DNA of 54,192 nucleotides from Candidatus Aminicenantes bacterium (GTDB lineage Bacteria; Acidobacteriota; Aminicenantia; UBA2199): NCBI GenBank assembly GCA_024644125.1, contig JAHELQ010000001.1, positions 1 to 54,192 of the forward strand, read 5' to 3'. Shown piece by piece: positions 53,601 to 54,192 of this stretch (position 1 is its first letter; each line of letters starts with the position of its first letter). The notes under the pieces were generated by a model. It saw only the letters and a program-made list of their open reading frames with translations, ran no database searches and was not told where the DNA came from. The position numbers and the translations under genes were made by a program.

Positions 53601-53847
53601 TCATCGGCACAAATATCCCGCCGGCTTTCAAAATACCTAACATTGTCGCAACCATTCGGGGCGAACGGTCGAACAAAGCTGGAATATACATTTCAGCGGT
53701 TATCTTTTGACGTAATTGGCCGGCGATACAATCGGATATCTGATGCAAGCGCTCATAAGATATCGCTTCTCCGCCAAAACGAATCGCGTCTCGATTTGGA
53801 TTGGCCTGCGCAACCTTCATGAATGTCTTATGTACTGGAACTAACAT
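50692..53847 (-). CDS. Non-ribosomal peptide synthetase A-T-C
   Basis: 1051 aa with AGGAGAA SD. A3 is YVYFTSGSTGVPKGI followed by LAHFIQWEI. A5 is NLYGPTE, A7 is YKTGD and A10 is NGKVDR. T is FFQLGGHSL. The C domain has YPLSSAQQRLY (LCL-type) and an atypical active site, HHIISDV (51640-51660). Confidence 0.9.
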   Translation of the reverse strand: MLVPVHKTFMKVAQANPNRDAIRFGGEAISYERLHQISDCIAGQLRQKITAEMYIPALFDRSPRMVATMLGILKAGGIFVPMTPFLPENRIKRMLDELKPALLITSTDHLNMLSGILEGMVDPPEIVEYEDISTGTELLESIVPMDNKHCYVYFTSGSTGVPKGILGRTISLAHFIQWEIGEFAIDESFKVSQLTPPTFDPFLRDIFVPLSCGGTCCIPQPAVLRDMDKLIQWLDEEEVNLIHMVPSLFKEMTGHLSASSQLKHVKYILLAGELLRGNDIRRFIELFDDRIQLVNLYGPTETTMVKFFYRIQPEDKDKPVVAVGKPIQGSQALLLNSRMQRCEPGQRGEIYIRTPFMTSGYFNDRQMTEQVFIPNPFSANPMDIVYKTGDLGRMLPCGNLEISGRTDGQVKIRGTRIEPGEIENQLLRFPAITEAVVLATEDDTGEKHLCAYITAGEDSLDSREIRKFLSAELPSYMVPTYFIQLDNMPLNINGKVDRALLPAPRAEKNSNHVPPGDEVERVLVKIWSEVLEIPEEKIGIEDEFFQLGGHSLKANQVIARISNRLDVEITLAEIFSKPTIRELAIVIRGRNQQQAIMIPRAPQKESYPLSSAQQRLYIIQQMEDDSVAYNIYMNVLLEGDFDAQRFQEIFRILIQRHESLRTSFHMEGDSPVQKIHSHVEFNIDWFYPEGSPDPVIRQYIRPFDLERPPLIRAALIKTGERKHIMVIDTHHIISDVMTQNNIFREFLQLYKGLELPELPLQYKDYSEWQNSEAYRELIQKQEDFWLNEYREAPSLLDYPYDYAPLAKPGNKGSFVELRFDTNERELVLKLAANEGGTIHIVMLAVFYVLLARLSGKNDISVGIPVVGRINKELEPVAGVFINTIALRNFPTPGKTFRDFLREVVNRSFKAYENQAYPFENLVNKVWKHRGSNRNPLFDTIFEVRNQDVNTFENEAMNLEGLDISYYKIFQETTKIDMDWMGFETNKGMAFMIIYATDLYKRRTIEIIAEKYKSLVKSVIENCDRPIGDLDSGPQLPVRKTIQEQGDFQFDL

Positions 53848-53884
53848 ACTTGGTATTCTCCTATTTATTTCCTATTCAATGGAT

Positions 53885-54192
53885 TTACTCCCCGTAAAAC
53901 CCGCTCATTTCCTCGAAAAAATCATCTTGCTCTTCCCTGAGAGATTCGCTGGGAATAGATTCCAGAGAATCATTTCCGGCCAGAATGGAGTTGCAAAGCG
54001 TATTCATTCCTTCCACAATCCTCCGCATCCGGGCCTTTTCATAGAGATTGCTCTTGTAAACCAAATTCATCTGCAATTCATCCAACTCTTCAATCAAGTA
54101 GAGGGCGAGATCATATTTGGGAGACAATTCCAATTTGTCTTTTATGGGTACAACCGTGAAGTCCACGCCTTTCAAACTTAAATTCTCCTCTT
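53885..54192 (-). CDS. 3' end of an upstream NRPS gene (C-terminal lobe of a condensation-type domain); 5' part lies beyond the window
   Basis: The frame is open to the window edge (EENLS precedes the TTG at 54175). PKYDLALYLIEELDELQMNLVYKSNLYEKARMRRIVEGMNTLCNSIL fits the last ~90 aa of C domains. The stop lies 37 nt before the next NRPS gene. Confidence 0.6.
   Translation of the reverse strand, partial: EENLSLKGVDFTVVPIKDKLELSPKYDLALYLIEELDELQMNLVYKSNLYEKARMRRIVEGMNTLCNSILAGNDSLESIPSESLREEQDDFFEEMSGFYGE

Noticed and set aside
1-54192. CRISPR arrays, rRNA genes, prophage or toxin-antitoxin/defence modules.
   Set aside because: No regularly spaced direct repeats, rRNA-like sequence or phage or defence gene signatures were seen. 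The PIN domain present is the conserved YacL-type housekeeping protein, not a VapC toxin with an adjacent antitoxin.

Overview
This is a 54.2-kb bacterial window with no rRNA, CRISPR array, transposase or integrase. It falls into three blocks.

(1) nt 1-12606 (+) is the 3' ~12.6 kb of a giant NRPS gene that is open at the left edge. It reads partial C, then four A-T modules joined by LCL-type C domains, then a terminal Ser-thioesterase.

(2) nt ~12.6-27.4 kb is a lower-GC block that looks like core genome.
- On the plus strand: an SbnA-like PLP enzyme, an overlapping shikimate operon aroB-aroD-aroE/aroK(fused)-aroA-aroC, and a small AraC-type HTH protein.
- On the minus strand: parB, parA, der, ispF, a PIN/TRAM membrane protein, a coiled-coil hypothetical and a Cof-type HAD phosphatase.
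- A tRNA-Ser(UGA) (+) follows, with a textbook sigma70 promoter and a bidirectional terminator.

(3) nt 27455-54192 (-) is one tightly packed hybrid NRPS-PKS operon that runs off the right edge. In transcription order it reads:
- [..C]
- [A-T-C]
- [PP-loop ATPase + B12-binding + radical SAM fusion]
- [half-C - A domain interrupted by a radical SAM + B12-binding didomain - T - E]
- [free-standing DCL-type C]
- [A-T-C-A-T]
- [KS-AT-KR-T-TE with a Cys nucleophile]
- [ClbP/ZmaM-like D-peptidase fused to an ABC exporter]

The best candidate for an undescribed system is this right-hand locus. It has a cobalamin-type radical SAM unit built into an adenylation domain and a second one fused to a PP-loop enzyme. 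These are combined with prodrug-type peptidase/export and a Cys-TE. All calls rest on motifs read by eye in the translated ORFs. No database search or computation was run.
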